Assembly (NCBI GenBank): GCA_951406725.2
Contig: OX597830.1
Coordinates: 50,778,001 to 50,842,000 of the forward strand
Reading direction: 5' to 3'
Origin: Octopus vulgaris
Lineage: Eukaryota
Length of the DNA stretch: 64,000 bases
Numbering within the stretch: the stretch's first letter is position 1; each line of letters starts with the position of its first letter. Both the position numbers and the translations under genes were made by a program. This document shows, piece after piece, positions 13,718 to 26,755 of this stretch. The notes below the pieces were generated by a model that searched no databases, was not told the DNA's origin, and saw nothing but the letters and a program-made list of their open reading frames with translations.

Positions 13718-14621
13718 GAAACAATATTAATAGGTTATAAATATATAACTGTATTATGTTTATTAAACTTTTACAGGGAAACGTTGATAGTGACTGTGAA
13801 GTTTAATAAGTGTGTTCTCTGAAAAAAGCTATTGAGAAATCCTTGAGTTTTATGTTGAATTGCATTCATAACTTAACGTGCGCTTGTGTGTATTATGTAC
13901 ACACCCACAAGGCACACAAACACACACATACACCTACGCGAATACATATACATATAAACAAAATAATACGTTTCTATGAAGCATGAGTCATTTCAATAAA
14001 TATTTTGCTCACCTAGACTTTTCACAAGAATGATAATTTGTGACGGATGTTTAATAAATAGTAACGTAAACAAAAGCTGAAAGAGAGGCTGTATAAGCTA
14101 GATTGCTAGAACACAATTATTTCTATATATGACGACTATATATCATTACTGTATATTATTATTATATATAATTTTCATATATCCTTACTATATATCAATA
14201 TTATATATACATAAACAAATTAAATATAAATTGAAACAAAAATAATGAAAGTCAAAAGTATGTACACCGTGAACGTATTAAGCTGACCCTCAGATTAAAA
14301 CAAGAAAAAGGAGTTTTGACATTTAGAACATGGTTGTTCGTCAGAATGAAGAAAGAGAAAGGAAATGGTGAGACATTATAATACATCATTTTTGTATATC
14401 ATTTTTATATGTTATTATATAGAAATATATATTATTATATATTGTTATTATATATATATATACATCATACCTATATATTATTATATCATTTCTATATATC
14501 GTTACTACAGATAGTACTGAACAATAAATTATATACACACACTCACAAACACACACACACACACTCAGTCGCTCACACAAACACACAGACATACACACGC
14601 ACACACACACAAATATATATA

Positions 14622-15491
14622 TACCAGGGCTGATATATAAGTATCGAGACTGTTGCCATAGAAACGAAGCTATATAGCATGCAGAATGAAGCGGCTTGGC
14701 AAAGATTGAACTTAAACTCTGCCTTGCATGCGCACTTAGTTTTAACATTCCAACTCCCTTCCGTTGTTTGCAGCAGTGCTTGGAAGGAAGGTGTGTAGCG
14801 TGATCGTCGCAAAGACCATGGCAGAGAAAGTTGTCATTGAGATACATTCTCAGAGATCGACGCAAGGTGCCAGAAAGTGTATGGAGAGGAGTGTATGAGC
14901 CGCACACAAGTGTACAAGTGGTTCTGACGTTTCCAGGATTTCTGAAAAAATGTCGTCAGCTGCAAACATTCTAGGAGGCCTGCATCCAGCAGAACTGGTG
15001 ATAACATGGCAGCTGTGGAAGGAAATCATCGTATTATCATCTGTGAGTTATCAGAGGATGTGAAGATTAGTTACGGTTCATTTCAGTCCATTATGACTGA
15101 ATGTTTGAGTATGAGACGCGTGTCTCGCAAGTTTGTGTCCAAACTGCTTTCAGCTGACCAAACGACTCTCGGGTTTCAATTGCACAAGATTTCCTAGACT
15201 GTGTCGAGGACGATGAAAACTATCGCCAGGTATCGCAGGTACCGTCAAACCTTTGGCAAAATTTGGTGCTCATTCTCTGCTAAACTTTCTGTTGTGATCA
15301 ATGCGACGATCACTCGCTACGCACCTTCCTTCCAAGAACTGCTTGAAACAGCAGAAATGAGCTAGAGCGTTGAAACTTAGTGTACATGCAAAACAGAGTG
15401 TACGGTTTATCTTTGGCCAGCGGCTTTATGCTGAGTGCTTTAACTTCGTTACTATGGCAACAGTCCTAATACTTATTCATCGGCCTACGAT
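14622..15491 (+). mobile_element. Internally deleted mariner element with long (~190 bp) imperfect TIRs
   Basis: 14622-14811 is an imperfect reverse complement of 15303-15491. The interior encodes a mariner N-terminus (KVYGEECMSRTQVYKWF; ELSEDVKISYGSFQSIMTECLSMRRVSRKFVSKLLSADQ). Sits in TA context. Confidence 0.85.
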
Positions 15492-15503
15492 GCATGTATG
15501 TGA

Positions 15504-15541
<38 letters not shown>

Positions 15542-16350
15542 GTGCATATATATACACGTGCATATATATATACACGTGCATATATATACATATATATACA
15601 TGTGCATATATATATGTATATATATATATACATTCATGCATATCATTATTATATATATTATTTAATTTTGCGACTTGGTAGGCCATTTTCCGTCGCTTAT
15701 AGTTTTTTCTTGGTTCCTACTTAAGTATTTCTCAGATTATTACTTGCATAACAATAAATCTAATTTAGTAATTTCAACTTACCCTAATACATTAACACAC
15801 CTCCCTTCATATTCTAAATTCTTTCGCCAACTCTCTCTATTGCTTCATCTATTTAACTATCCAGTCACTGTCAGTTAGACACAGCTCCTTCTTAATTTGC
15901 TTTATATTTATTTTTTCCAATTTCACCAGCAATTAGACTGTCCAGGCATTGTTTTATAGTGGCTTTTTTTCACCTTTCAGCACCTAACACACGAGACTTA
16001 CTGAGAAGAACACTGTTTGAAAGTTCACCGCCCAAGATATTATCGTATTTTGCGAACAAATATAAGTTGCATTTTTTTCTATCAGTCTAGAAAACTTTAT
16101 ATCACTTTCTTTTTTTTTTCTTGCGAATATTTAGTTTCATTCTCTAACAGTATCTACAGTATAGAGAAGACATTTAACTGGAGTTTTTTTCAGCAAATAT
16201 TTTACCATTTTACTTATTCCACTTATTGTCGCAGAATACCAAATACATTTCTTCTGGCATACTGATTCTTTATTTTAGTTCGCTTATTATTTCCAGTTTT
16301 ATCTATTGGGTTCACCTCATTTACACACACAGACACGCACACACAGACAT

Positions 16351-16387
<37 letters not shown>

Positions 16388-16672
16388 CACACACAGACGG
16401 GCACACACACACACACAGATATATATGAATGAGTATATATATTTATACATACATACATTTATGTATGCATGAGCAGACTGTTGTGCACTTGTAAAAATAT
16501 ATATTTCAACTCCATAAGGACTATAGTAAGTATTCGTCTTCTTGTCATATTAAATTTACATCATCATTCTCTATATGTATACATAAATCGCTGTATACAT
16601 ACACGTGTGCGTGTGTGTGTGTGTGTGCATACACACACACACACACATACACACACACATATATATATATAT

Positions 16673-17988
16673 ATTCTCCCAAAAGAATGTATACACACCT
16701 CAGGAAAGAAAAAATATGAGTAAATATTTTACTTGCAAAAATACCTCTATAAATATAGATACCGTTTTCGATGCTTTACCAAATTGCGATAACCTGTTTA
16801 CGGTAGTACGATATCTTCTCAACAGATGGCGTTAGCCTCGTGGCTGTAGCATCAACAACGACGTTTATAATACTGAGGACGTATAATCATCGTTTGAGGA
16901 ATGTAATATCATTTCAAAGTGATATTACAAATCTAAGAATATATTGTTGAAGTTCAAAGTCAGTGGAGCCGTGTGTTTCGAACACCTTCAACGCCTTTCC
17001 CAATTCCACGGATTCGTGATGGATTTAAAGCTCATGATACCGTGTATCATATACATAAGCGAAAATCTGGCACACCTTGTACAGTAAGAAGTTATGCTTC
17101 CTCGGTTATGGTGGTGGAATACTTCACACATTTCCACAGCAGTCTACCATACAAGGTGCACGTGAAACAGGAGTAATCAGTACAAGTATACGGCACATTC
17201 TTAAAAAAGCTAAGTGAAAAGTTTACATCTGAAGATTATTACATGCAATTGGTGAAGACGATTCAGATTGAAGGATCCAGTTTTGTGAGTAGCTTTAACA
17301 TATTGTAAGCATGGACGGAAAGCTGGTGAGAAAGATTGTGCGGTCAGATAAAGTACAATTTGAGCCAAATGAAAAAGTGAGCTGACATGTGTTTACTCGT
17401 CATCAGAAAATCCTCACGCACATCTGGACAAAGCGGTCAATTTACCAGGTGTCAATGTCTGGTGAGGAGTGTCAGCTAGAGGCTTAATAGGGCCACTTTT
17501 CTTTGAAGGTACTGTTACTGGTTAGGCACACCTAGACTTGCTACGCACATCAAGCTTACCTGCCATTCATGAGCTTTATGGAAATGATTTTTCTTTCAAC
17601 AACTCAGCATGCTGCCACACTACCATCAAAGCGTGCGAGCCTATCACAATGGCAATTTGAAAGGCTAAGAAGAGGTGCAGTCAAGTTCCGCTCACGTACT
17701 CCTGATTTAACACATGCAGAGTTTGACATATGGGGGTCCCTAAAGGATGTCGTGTGTCGACGAACTAAGACAAAATACTGAAAATCCTCGAGCAGCAACC
17801 TGCAGGACACTTTGGTTAACGTTGCCCAAGAAGTAGTCTGGAAGCCAATGGCCAACACTTTGAGCACCTCTTGTAATTGTAGAGTCCAAAGGTAACTTGT
17901 AACAATCCCGTGGTGTCTGAATAAATTTAGTATTAAAATATAGCGATTTTTCCTTTCCTAAAGTGTGTATACATATTTTGGCGGACTG
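16673..17988 (+). mobile_element. Degenerate full-length Tc1/mariner-superfamily transposon (rosa/DD41D-like)
   Basis: TIRs CCAAAA(G)AATGTATACACAC.T.AGGAAAG at both ends. Broken transposase with VNVW*GVSARGLIGPLFFEGTVT and RTPDLTHAEFDIWGSLKDVV (compare WPPRSPDLTPLDFFLWGYLK). Confidence 0.85.
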
Positions 17989-19407
17989 TGTGTGTATATA
18001 TATACTATCAGAAAGACCGCACTATTATTTCTTTGTATAATAGTGTTCATTTGCTTTCACTGTTTTATCACAGCCATAATCTCTTTTTTGAGCAAACATC
18101 ATGGTAGTCCAACTACGGAGGTGAAAGCAGTTTGTCAAGTTTTACCTTCCACTCAAAGCAGCATAGAAATTTCAATTCAGCAGCCCATCTGTAAGATTTG
18201 CAGTGTGTACGTCTGTGAGAGAGAACATTGCAAACAATGAATGAAATAAACATGAAATTAAAAAACACGTATAAATAAATGGGCATAACTAAAGATGTAT
18301 ACGTCCCCAAATTTGTTACTTCATAGCATATAGAAAAGGGATACTTTTTAATAAAATTTTCTCCAAATACCGCTTAGATGTTGTGGGTTCGGAGTATATA
18401 GAGATTTATGGGAAAGAATTTTTCGAAGGGTGAAGTTTTGGAAAATTCACACGATCCGAATTTTTCCCACATAACATTCAGGAAAATGGATATCTTTTAA
18501 TGAAAGTCAACACAAATACCTTTCATACGCCATAGATTATGTTTATAAAGAAATTTGTGGAGAAAGGTTTTCCGAGGTGATGGAGAGAGGAGTTTCGGTA
18601 AACAAGAGTTTTGGATCACGAAGACCAATACGTTGGAACTACTTTTTTTTAACTACTCTGTTAGAACTATTCTGTTTAAACCACTGCCTTCGAAATGATG
18701 GGATGGAGTGGGAGGCATCATTGTATAAAAAATGTTTTGAAAAAATATATTTTACAACCCCTCCTCCCTCATCATCTCTCTGCGGACCTATTTTGGCCAA
18801 TTCTTTTTTGCACTTGTAAACCATGGAAGGAGCCTTTTCGATAAAAATATTCTACAAAATTGTTAACATTTTCAGAGCTAAAAGTTTCTGGCACATCGCA
18901 ACACAACCCATCTCGTTTCTTATCACTCTCGCAAGTATTGATGTTTTTCAATATTTTTCACCCCATAAATATGCTATAAAAAATAAAATTTTTAAAATGA
19001 TGACCTTTTTGCAACACCATTCCCGACCTCTGATTGTTTCTGTTTATAATTTGAAATATTGGGGAGCCTCAGAAGGTCATTGCTGACATTTATTCAGTGA
19101 TTTAAAAAAGAGTTACGTAAACGATAATTTATTTTAATAGCATACTTTTTTATTAGAAAGTGATTTGTCTTACACACGCCGTTTCGCTTGACTGAAGTGG
19201 GGGTAAAAATTTACATTACAATTTTATTTTTGTTGCTTATAATCCACAAAAGAGCCACGCATACTTCCAAATCATCATATAATGTGTTTAATGGGAGAAA
19301 AATTTTGAAAAACATCAATACATGTGAGAATGGAAGTGGAGGGTGGTTTGAGTTGTACTAGAAACAACAGCCAAACATACGTACGTGCGTTCATACATAC
19401 ATACATA

Positions 19408-19462
<55 letters not shown>

Positions 19463-19469
19463 CACGCAA

Positions 19470-19633
19470 CTTTGTAGGGTTTAGTCAAACAAATCGACCC
19501 CAGGACCTACTTACTTAATCGTGTTAATTATCCTATCGGTGTCTTTTTCCCAAATCGCTATGTTACGGTGACGAGCACAAACCATCGCCGGTTGTCATTT
19601 GTTGAGGAGCAACACAAACAGGAAGACCCCCCC

Positions 19634-19672
<39 letters not shown>

Positions 19673-19820
19673 AATATATGTACGAGTGACTTCTATCAAT
19701 TTCCGTCATCCAAATCCATTCAGAAATCTTTTGTCAATAGAAGGAAATACTTGCCAGATGTGCCACGCAGTGGAACCTTGTGGTTGGGAAGCAAGCTTCT
19801 GAGCACAAAGTCACGCATGT
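19470..19820 (-). mobile_element. SINE family S2 (CORE-like), degenerate
   Basis: GTGCCACGCAGTGG and GGTTGGGAAGCAAGCTTCT head, internal (TA)n and a 3' module shared with 48815-49150 and 50720-51110. Confidence 0.7.
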
Positions 19821-19843
19821 GCCATACATATACAACCCCATAA

Positions 19844-19903
<60 letters not shown>

Positions 19904-20000
19904 GATAAAACGGTAAGATAACAAAAGAAAGAAAGAGACCTCAATATTATGTAAATAGAGGAAATGTATCTATACAATATGTTACATTACTCGGTAGTCA

Positions 20001-20063
20001 AGATAAAACTCTGAGTTTCAGATGCCGAAGTGGAAATCCACAACACCATCTCTTCGGTTATCT
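20001..20063 (-). ncRNA. Minimal type I hammerhead ribozyme in the Penelope 3' pLTR (element sense strand)
   Basis: AGATAA-CCGAAGA-GATG..CATC-T-GAA-ACTCaGAGT-T-TTATCT. Confidence 0.75.
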
Positions 20064-20256
20064 GGCTATTTGAAAACGTTATGAAAAATACCGTTAAAAA
20101 TGAAGGGAAATTACTCTGTTATAACTCTGCTTTGCCTGCGTACTTATACATCGCTCGCATTTTTCGTCATAAAAATTATATAAAAATACATAAAAATATA
20201 TAAAAATATATAAAAATATATAAAATCTTCTTGGGACATAACACAGAAAGCATGTT

Positions 20257-20839
20257 CTATCCGTTTTCTTTAGGGGACCAAAAACGTAACAGAAATTTAG
20301 TCACATGTGGGCATGATCCGAAAAGCTCTGTCCTTGTATTTAGACATGTGGTAGGGTCTAAGCTGCTTTTCCAGATAAGCCATCTCTCCATGTCGCATAA
20401 ACCGCACCTTCCGCTGCCGTTAGTATAGGGCTTACATCTGGCCAAAATCTTCCATTGTATGTTATAATCGACACCTTTATCTCTTAAAGACCAAATATGA
20501 TTGGATAATTGTGTCGCTTTTCTTTTGTTCCAGTGCCTAAAGCTCAAAGTGTGGTTATTGAACCTGGCCTTGAAATTACCCTCTGTCAGGCCCACGTATT
20601 TCTTCGTCGAAACGGTGTCTTTAGTGGTTATAGAGTTTACGGTAGCTTCATATATGATGGTCTTGGACATGCAAGCTCCATTTAGCGGGCACAATTCTTT
20701 ATTCCTGCATGAACAGCTGTTTTCTTCTTGTGTTTTTTGTATGTTATGATTGATTATGTTTTTAAAATTGGTAGTTGAACTAAAACTAATTTTTAAATTG
20801 TGTCTATTGAAGAGTTTCCTATAAGCATGGTTAACTGGA
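20257..20839 (-). CDS. Penelope C-terminal GIY-YIG endonuclease domain (truncated ORF)
   Basis: LFNRHNLKISFS, CSC....CPLNGAC, IIYEATV...KYVGLTEGNFKARFNNH, LSNHIW, CGLCDME, LNTRTELFGSCPH. Confidence 0.9.
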
Positions 20840-21118
20840 AAATACAAGGACAGAGCTTTTCGGATCATGCCCACATGTGACTAAATTTCTGTTACGTTTT
20901 TGGTCCCCTAAAGAAAACGGATAGAACATGCTTTCTGTGTTATGTCCCAAGAAGATTTTATATATTTTTATATATTTTTATATATTTTTATGTATTTTTA
21001 TATAATTTTTATGACGAAAAATGCGAGCGATGTATAAGTACGCAGGCAAAGCAGAGTTATAACAGAGTAATTTCCCTTCATTTTTAACGGTATTTTTTCA
21101 TAACGTTTTCAAATAGCC

Positions 21119-21181
21119 AGATAACCGAAGAGATGGTGTTGTGGATTTCCACTTCGGCATCTGAAACTCAGAGTTTTATCT
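21119..21181 (+). ncRNA. Same hammerhead in the inverted pLTR
   Basis: Mirror copy of 20001-20063. Predicted cleavage after GUU at 21175. Confidence 0.75.
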
Positions 21182-21227
21182 TGACTACCGAGTAATGTAA
21201 CATATTGTATAGATATATATATTTATA

Positions 21228-21258
<31 letters not shown>

Positions 21259-22161
21259 GTATGTATATAAATATACATTTATTCATATGTATGTGTGACT
21301 GTCTATGTGGGCATGTGCAACCCACACAAACTTTTCTTTTTGTATGTGTATGAGTATGTATACGTATATAGGTGTATAAATTTATATATATCACACACAT
21401 ATGTATATATATATATATATTTATATACATTTATATATGTATACGCACATATATATATAGACACACATACTTATATATATACACACGCACATAAACATAT
21501 ATATATGCATGTACGCGTCTTTGTGCGCCTGTGTGTCACTGTGTTTGTGTGTATACCTCAAAATCTTAATAGCTGTGCATAAATATATGACGGACGACAG
21601 TACCGTATATACCGTTCGTGGAAGTCGCTGGATGTAGACAGGACAGAATACCAAATATATAGAACTTTTGCATTTAACTATAGCATTGGACATGTGTACG
21701 CATGTGTGCAAGTGTGCATGAAAGCATATATGTATTGGAAACATAATCATGCATTGTCTATTTGCCTGGTAATCAAATGAAAAAAAACCAGCTGAAAATG
21801 GCAGCTGGAAAATATAGGTGTGTCTTATTACTGTGGTTTGTATATATATTCGAGGCAGACGATGAGTTGTATGTAAATCAATACTCTCTATTCATGGCAT
21901 GAGGGTTAGTCTACCAGTCACGGCAGGCAGTCAAGAATTTATGTAGATTTATCTCCTCTCAAATATGGATATCATAAAATATCAAACGATGTCCTCTTGG
22001 TCTTAATATTTTTGGCTTTTGCTTCCTTTTTTTCTTTGTTTGTTTTATTTTACTTCATTGTATTGCTGTTATTGCTGTTGCTGTAGCTCGTCTTAATATT
22101 ATTTTTATTATTATTGTTTTTGTTGTTGTCCCCTTCCTCCGCCTCATCATCATCATCATCA

Positions 22162-22253
<92 letters not shown>

Positions 22254-22890
22254 TTCTTTTGCTATCTTCACTGATGCTAAACTTTATACAACACCTGTAC
22301 TCTCTCTGGTATACATTAATATCAATTATGAACCGATATTCCAATAATATTAGAGACGACTAGACTACAAAAATGCCTATATTTGTGTATATATAAATAT
22401 ACACACACACATATGTATATATATATAATGAGTGTATATGCTTGCACCTACACACACACATACACATACACACACACAGTCTCGTATTGTTGACTTATAT
22501 ATGTCATTGTCGAAAGTGACCATTGCTAATTTAAGAGTTGAGGTCATTGGGCTGCTACATTCAGTAAGTCAAGTATTTATGTAGAAGATCCTTTCAGTGT
22601 ACCAACCGAGATTCACTGATATCACTTTTCACGGAGAAAGATATTGAATAGGCAGCGATAATAGACGTACCATGTGATATTCCAGTGTTTCAGAGAAAAA
22701 CTCTTAGCCTTCGCCTTTCTCTCCTCTCCAGCCTTTTTTCCCTGTCTGTTTGATTTCCTCAGAGAAGTGGTGTATGCATGATACGGTCAGAAGCTTGAGT
22801 TTACTTCACTACTTAAAGAGAAAACTGGAGCAAAAGCCAGTATAACGCATGACTTACTGAGGATAGGTATGATAGCTAGTTAAGTCAATA

Positions 22891-22953
<63 letters not shown>

Positions 22954-22956
<3 letters not shown>

Positions 22957-23310
22957 GAAAAATACAAACTGGGACAAGAACGTAAAACATTTAGAAGACG
23001 ATACAAAAAACCCGGACGGGACATACGAAGCCTTCAATCTTCAGTCAAGAACCGGATCATCCTAGCAATTTCGGCTGAATAATCTTGAGATCACTCCGAT
23101 CCGGCCAGCCCCAAGGAAAAACTAAGCTACGAGTATTAGATTTCTTGGAAAAAGGCTCGAATGTATACGAAACAGGGACAGAAAAACGGACGATGCCACA
23201 CGAATATAAAATACAAAAAACCAATAATGGTAAAAACAGGACAAAAACACCGGGTGTGTTACGACTAATAGACAGTACAACTTAGTTTAGCTGGCGTATT
23301 TGGAAAAAAT
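22954..23310. mobile_element. Non-coding repeat family P2 (probably Penelope-derived) between (TA)n tracts
   Basis: 23085-23308 aligns with 61515-61712. The left terminus matches 62105-62137 and 62187-62219. Confidence 0.6.
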
Positions 23311-23440
23311 ATATATATATATAAGGCTGATCTATTGGATTACAGAGGGTTTTACATCCATAAAGTGCTTAGCTAAACAGCGTATCATCAGACCCCACAA
23401 TCTGTTGGCACATGGCTTCTGTAGTAAGTGTGTATGTATG

Positions 23441-23482
<42 letters not shown>

Positions 23483-23487
<5 letters not shown>

Positions 23488-23866
23488 TTGCGTCAGAAAT
23501 TAATTAGCACTTCTCAAATTTCTACATTAAATAGGTTAAATCAATTAACCTATGAGCTGTTCAAAACGTCTTACGCGATGAGAAAACTTAGTATGGTGTG
23601 ATTTCGGTCCTTGCGAGGCGCTACATATATCTATTAAACAAAGGAAGATTTGTCTGCCTCTGCACTCCAAGTTGTTGTTGCACTGTTATGTCAACATCAT
23701 AAGGCTGTAGACTCTCAAACTGCTCTGCAAACAAAGTTACGTCATCGTTCTGCGCAACAGTGAACTCGCAACAAAGCAATAGTTCGAGATATGGCCACTA
23801 GGTGACAGCACATACCTTGAGTGAAGAGCAAATCAAGGGTGCTAATTAATTTCTGACGGTAGTGTA
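23483..23866. mobile_element. Tc1-like MITE
   Basis: 28 bp TIRs TACACTTGCGTCAGAAATTAATTAGCAC / GTGCTAATTAATTTCTGACGGTAGTGTA (2 mismatches), TA termini. Confidence 0.88.
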
Positions 23867-23884
23867 TATATATACATATATATT

Positions 23885-24037
23885 CTTTTAGTTTCACCGT
23901 CGACCAAATTTACTCGAATGACTTTGGTCGACCCGCAGCTATAGCTGAAGACATTTGCCCAAGGTACCACACAGTGACACTTAACCCTCAACCGTGTGGT
24001 TGGGAAGCAAGCTTCCTACCACACAGTCACGCCTGCG
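23885..24037 (-). mobile_element. SINE family S2, 5' half
   Basis: TTGCCCAAGGTACCACACAGTG ... GGTTGGGAAGCAAGCTTCCTACCACACAG. Confidence 0.7.
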
Positions 24038-24237
24038 CCGATATGTCAATATAACAATATCCTGATATAGTTTGGCTGCTGTTCTTATGCATCTTTTAAC
24101 ACTCAAAACCGTTGCATATTCCGGCTTTCCATGTTTTTGGACATTCAATTGTTCAATACCTTATTATCTTCCTTTTCATTCCTTTTTGTCATATTTCTTT
24201 CTATCTATGTATGTATGTATGTATGTATGTATGTATG

Positions 24238-24300
<63 letters not shown>

Positions 24301-24303
<3 letters not shown>

Positions 24304-24725
24304 GCAAACAAATGTGGTAACATATAACAATATTGACCAAGGTTACCGTGGTCTTTTTCGTAGGCTTTTCATCCCACGGATAAACCTTACTTGCTTTCCC
24401 CTTTACACCATATATCATAATAATGTGATACACGATCCCTATTGATCGTTTTTTTCCTCTTCCCCTGTTTTTCCCCTTTTTTCTTCTTTTTTCATTTCTC
24501 TTTCCTTTTGTTCCTTTTCCTTTTCTTTTTTTTTTATTCCTTTTATTTTATTCAAATTTTTTTTTGTTCTTTTCTTCCCTTTTACGATCCCTCTTGATCG
24601 AAAACCTACGCCACCCCTTTCTTTTTTTTTTCTTTTGTTTTTTGTTCTCTTCATCCCCCAAAAGAAAAGCTCTACCTTGTAACTTGTCCCATCTGTGTGC
24701 AGCCCTGTGTGGCCAATAAAGAAAC

Positions 24726-24726
<1 letters not shown>
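24301..24726 (+). mobile_element. LINE 3' UTR (Tx1/L1-like) inserted in (TATC)n
   Basis: Homologous to the reverse complement of 45261-45600. Ends GTGGCCAATAAAGAAAC. (TATC)n on both sides. Confidence 0.75.
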
Positions 24727-24759
<33 letters not shown>

Positions 24760-25342
24760 CTGTAGTTCGCTTTGTCTGTCTGTTTTTCTGTCTATTTATC
24801 TATCAATCTGTATGTCTGGCCTCTCTGGTTGTTTGGTCTGTCTGGTCTGTCTGTCTGTTTGTTTGTCTGTCTGTCTATCTATTGTATCCATCTGTTTTTT
24901 TCTCTCTATAGATATGTCTTTATTGCCATATGTCTCTCGGTCTGAATGGCTGTCTATATATTTCTCTGTTCATGAATACCCCAAATATGCGTGATGGAAT
25001 AATTAAATCCTTGATAATTTTTCTATAGAAATTGTTTTTCATTTGAAATAATATTTGATATTTTAACTTCTAAAACCAGTCAATCTGTCTGATTATATGA
25101 TGTCTGTCTAGCTATCTACCTACTTACCTGCATATATACACACATACATACATAAATATCTGTCTGGAGAGTGCCGGTGAGTATATTATTTATATGTGTG
25201 CGCCTCTATATGTGTGCATATATGTAAGAGTGTCAGTGTGTGTGTGTGTATGTGTGTATTCACACTCACACACTCATACACATATATGCAAATATATATG
25301 TATGTATGTGTATATACATACACATATATATGTATAGATATA

Positions 25343-25405
<63 letters not shown>

Positions 25406-26199
25406 GTATATATATGTATGCATATATATATATGTGTATATGTGTGTATATATATATATGCATATATATATATATATATATGAGATTATACAGACATGCA
25501 TATTGATACATACACATACATATGTACATCCATTTATGCATATATACATTACACCCACACATACATACATACATACATACATACATACATACATACATAC
25601 ATACATACATACATGTCTACCAACATACACTCATACGTAAATACATATACACGTGCATGCTCACGCACACACTCACTCACGAATATGATTAACTTCGCTA
25701 ATTAAATCGTTCTTTGAAAAGTAATTTTTTTTTATCCCTCTCCGCAAATTTCCTGTTTTAACCATGTCCAATAAGCATCAATATATTCTAACGATGTGGG
25801 ATTGGTGCAAAATTGTTCGGATATTATAATCTCTCACATTTCTTGCTTGTTTACTTGTTTGTGTGACTATTCGCATTTTGTTTAAAATTCCCTCATCAAT
25901 AAATGTTAATATTCATTACAATTTAACTTTGAATATATTTATTATAAGAAGAATATTTTTTTTTACTTTCAATAAATTAATTTATGATATTAAATTTTTA
26001 ATAACTTACCTACAATTATTGCTGTCTATCTTTGAACAAGTCCGTATTGAATGGAGAATGTACTGTATACCTACTCTTTTCAGACACTACAGAACTCTTA
26101 TTTATTTAATTGTACTTCAGTTGCTGGGTGACGTCAACCTCATAGTGTTTGAACTAAAAACCTAGAGGTGATTATATAAGCGCTACAAACTATCGATTT

Positions 26200-26755
26200 C
26201 AAATTTTGGCACAAAGCAGCCATTTCATGAGTGGGTGGGTAAGGCGACATCAGTGTCCAACTGGTACTAATTCTATCGGCCTCGAAGAGATGAAAAGCAA
26301 AATCGACTTCGGCGGAATTTGAACTCGGACGAAATACCTATTTTTTGACTACACACAAGGGGCTAAACACGGAGGGGACAAACAAGGACAGACAAACGGA
26401 TTAAGTCGATTATATCGACCCAAGTGTGTAACTGGTACTTATTTCATCGACCCCGAAAGCATGAAAGGCAAAGTCTGCCTCGGCGGAATTTGAACTCAGA
26501 ACGTGAAGACGGACGAAATACCTATTTCTTTACGACCCACAAGGGGCTAAACACAGAGAGGACAAACAAAGACATACAAACGGATTAAGTCGATTATATC
26601 GACCCCAATGCATAACTGGTACTTAATTTATCGACCCCAAAAGGATGAAAGGCAAAGTCGACCTCGGCGGAATTTGAACTCAGAACGTACCGGCAGACGA
26701 AATACCGCTAAGCATTTCGCCCGGCGTGCAAACGATTCTGCCAGGTTGATGCCTT
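26200..26755 (-). mobile_element. Head-to-tail array of three S1 SINE units
   Basis: Units at about 26257-26337, 26338-26522 and 26523-26755, joined at GAAATACC|TATTT. Confidence 0.85.

Larger units (their letters stand above)
19900..21215 (-). mobile_element. Penelope-like element, 5'-truncated, with inverted pseudo-LTRs, inserted in (TA)n
   Basis: GIY-YIG ORF. 19967-20341 and 20840-21215 are inverted repeats in which I found one 1-nt indel. (TA)n flanks. Confidence 0.95.

Noticed and set aside
18003-19250. Possible old Helitron-like or other repeat
   Set aside because: Termini are too degenerate to define and there is no second copy in the window.
26257-26755. Regularly spaced repeats superficially like a CRISPR array
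   Set aside because: Tandem SINE units without unique spacers, in a eukaryotic context with no cas genes.
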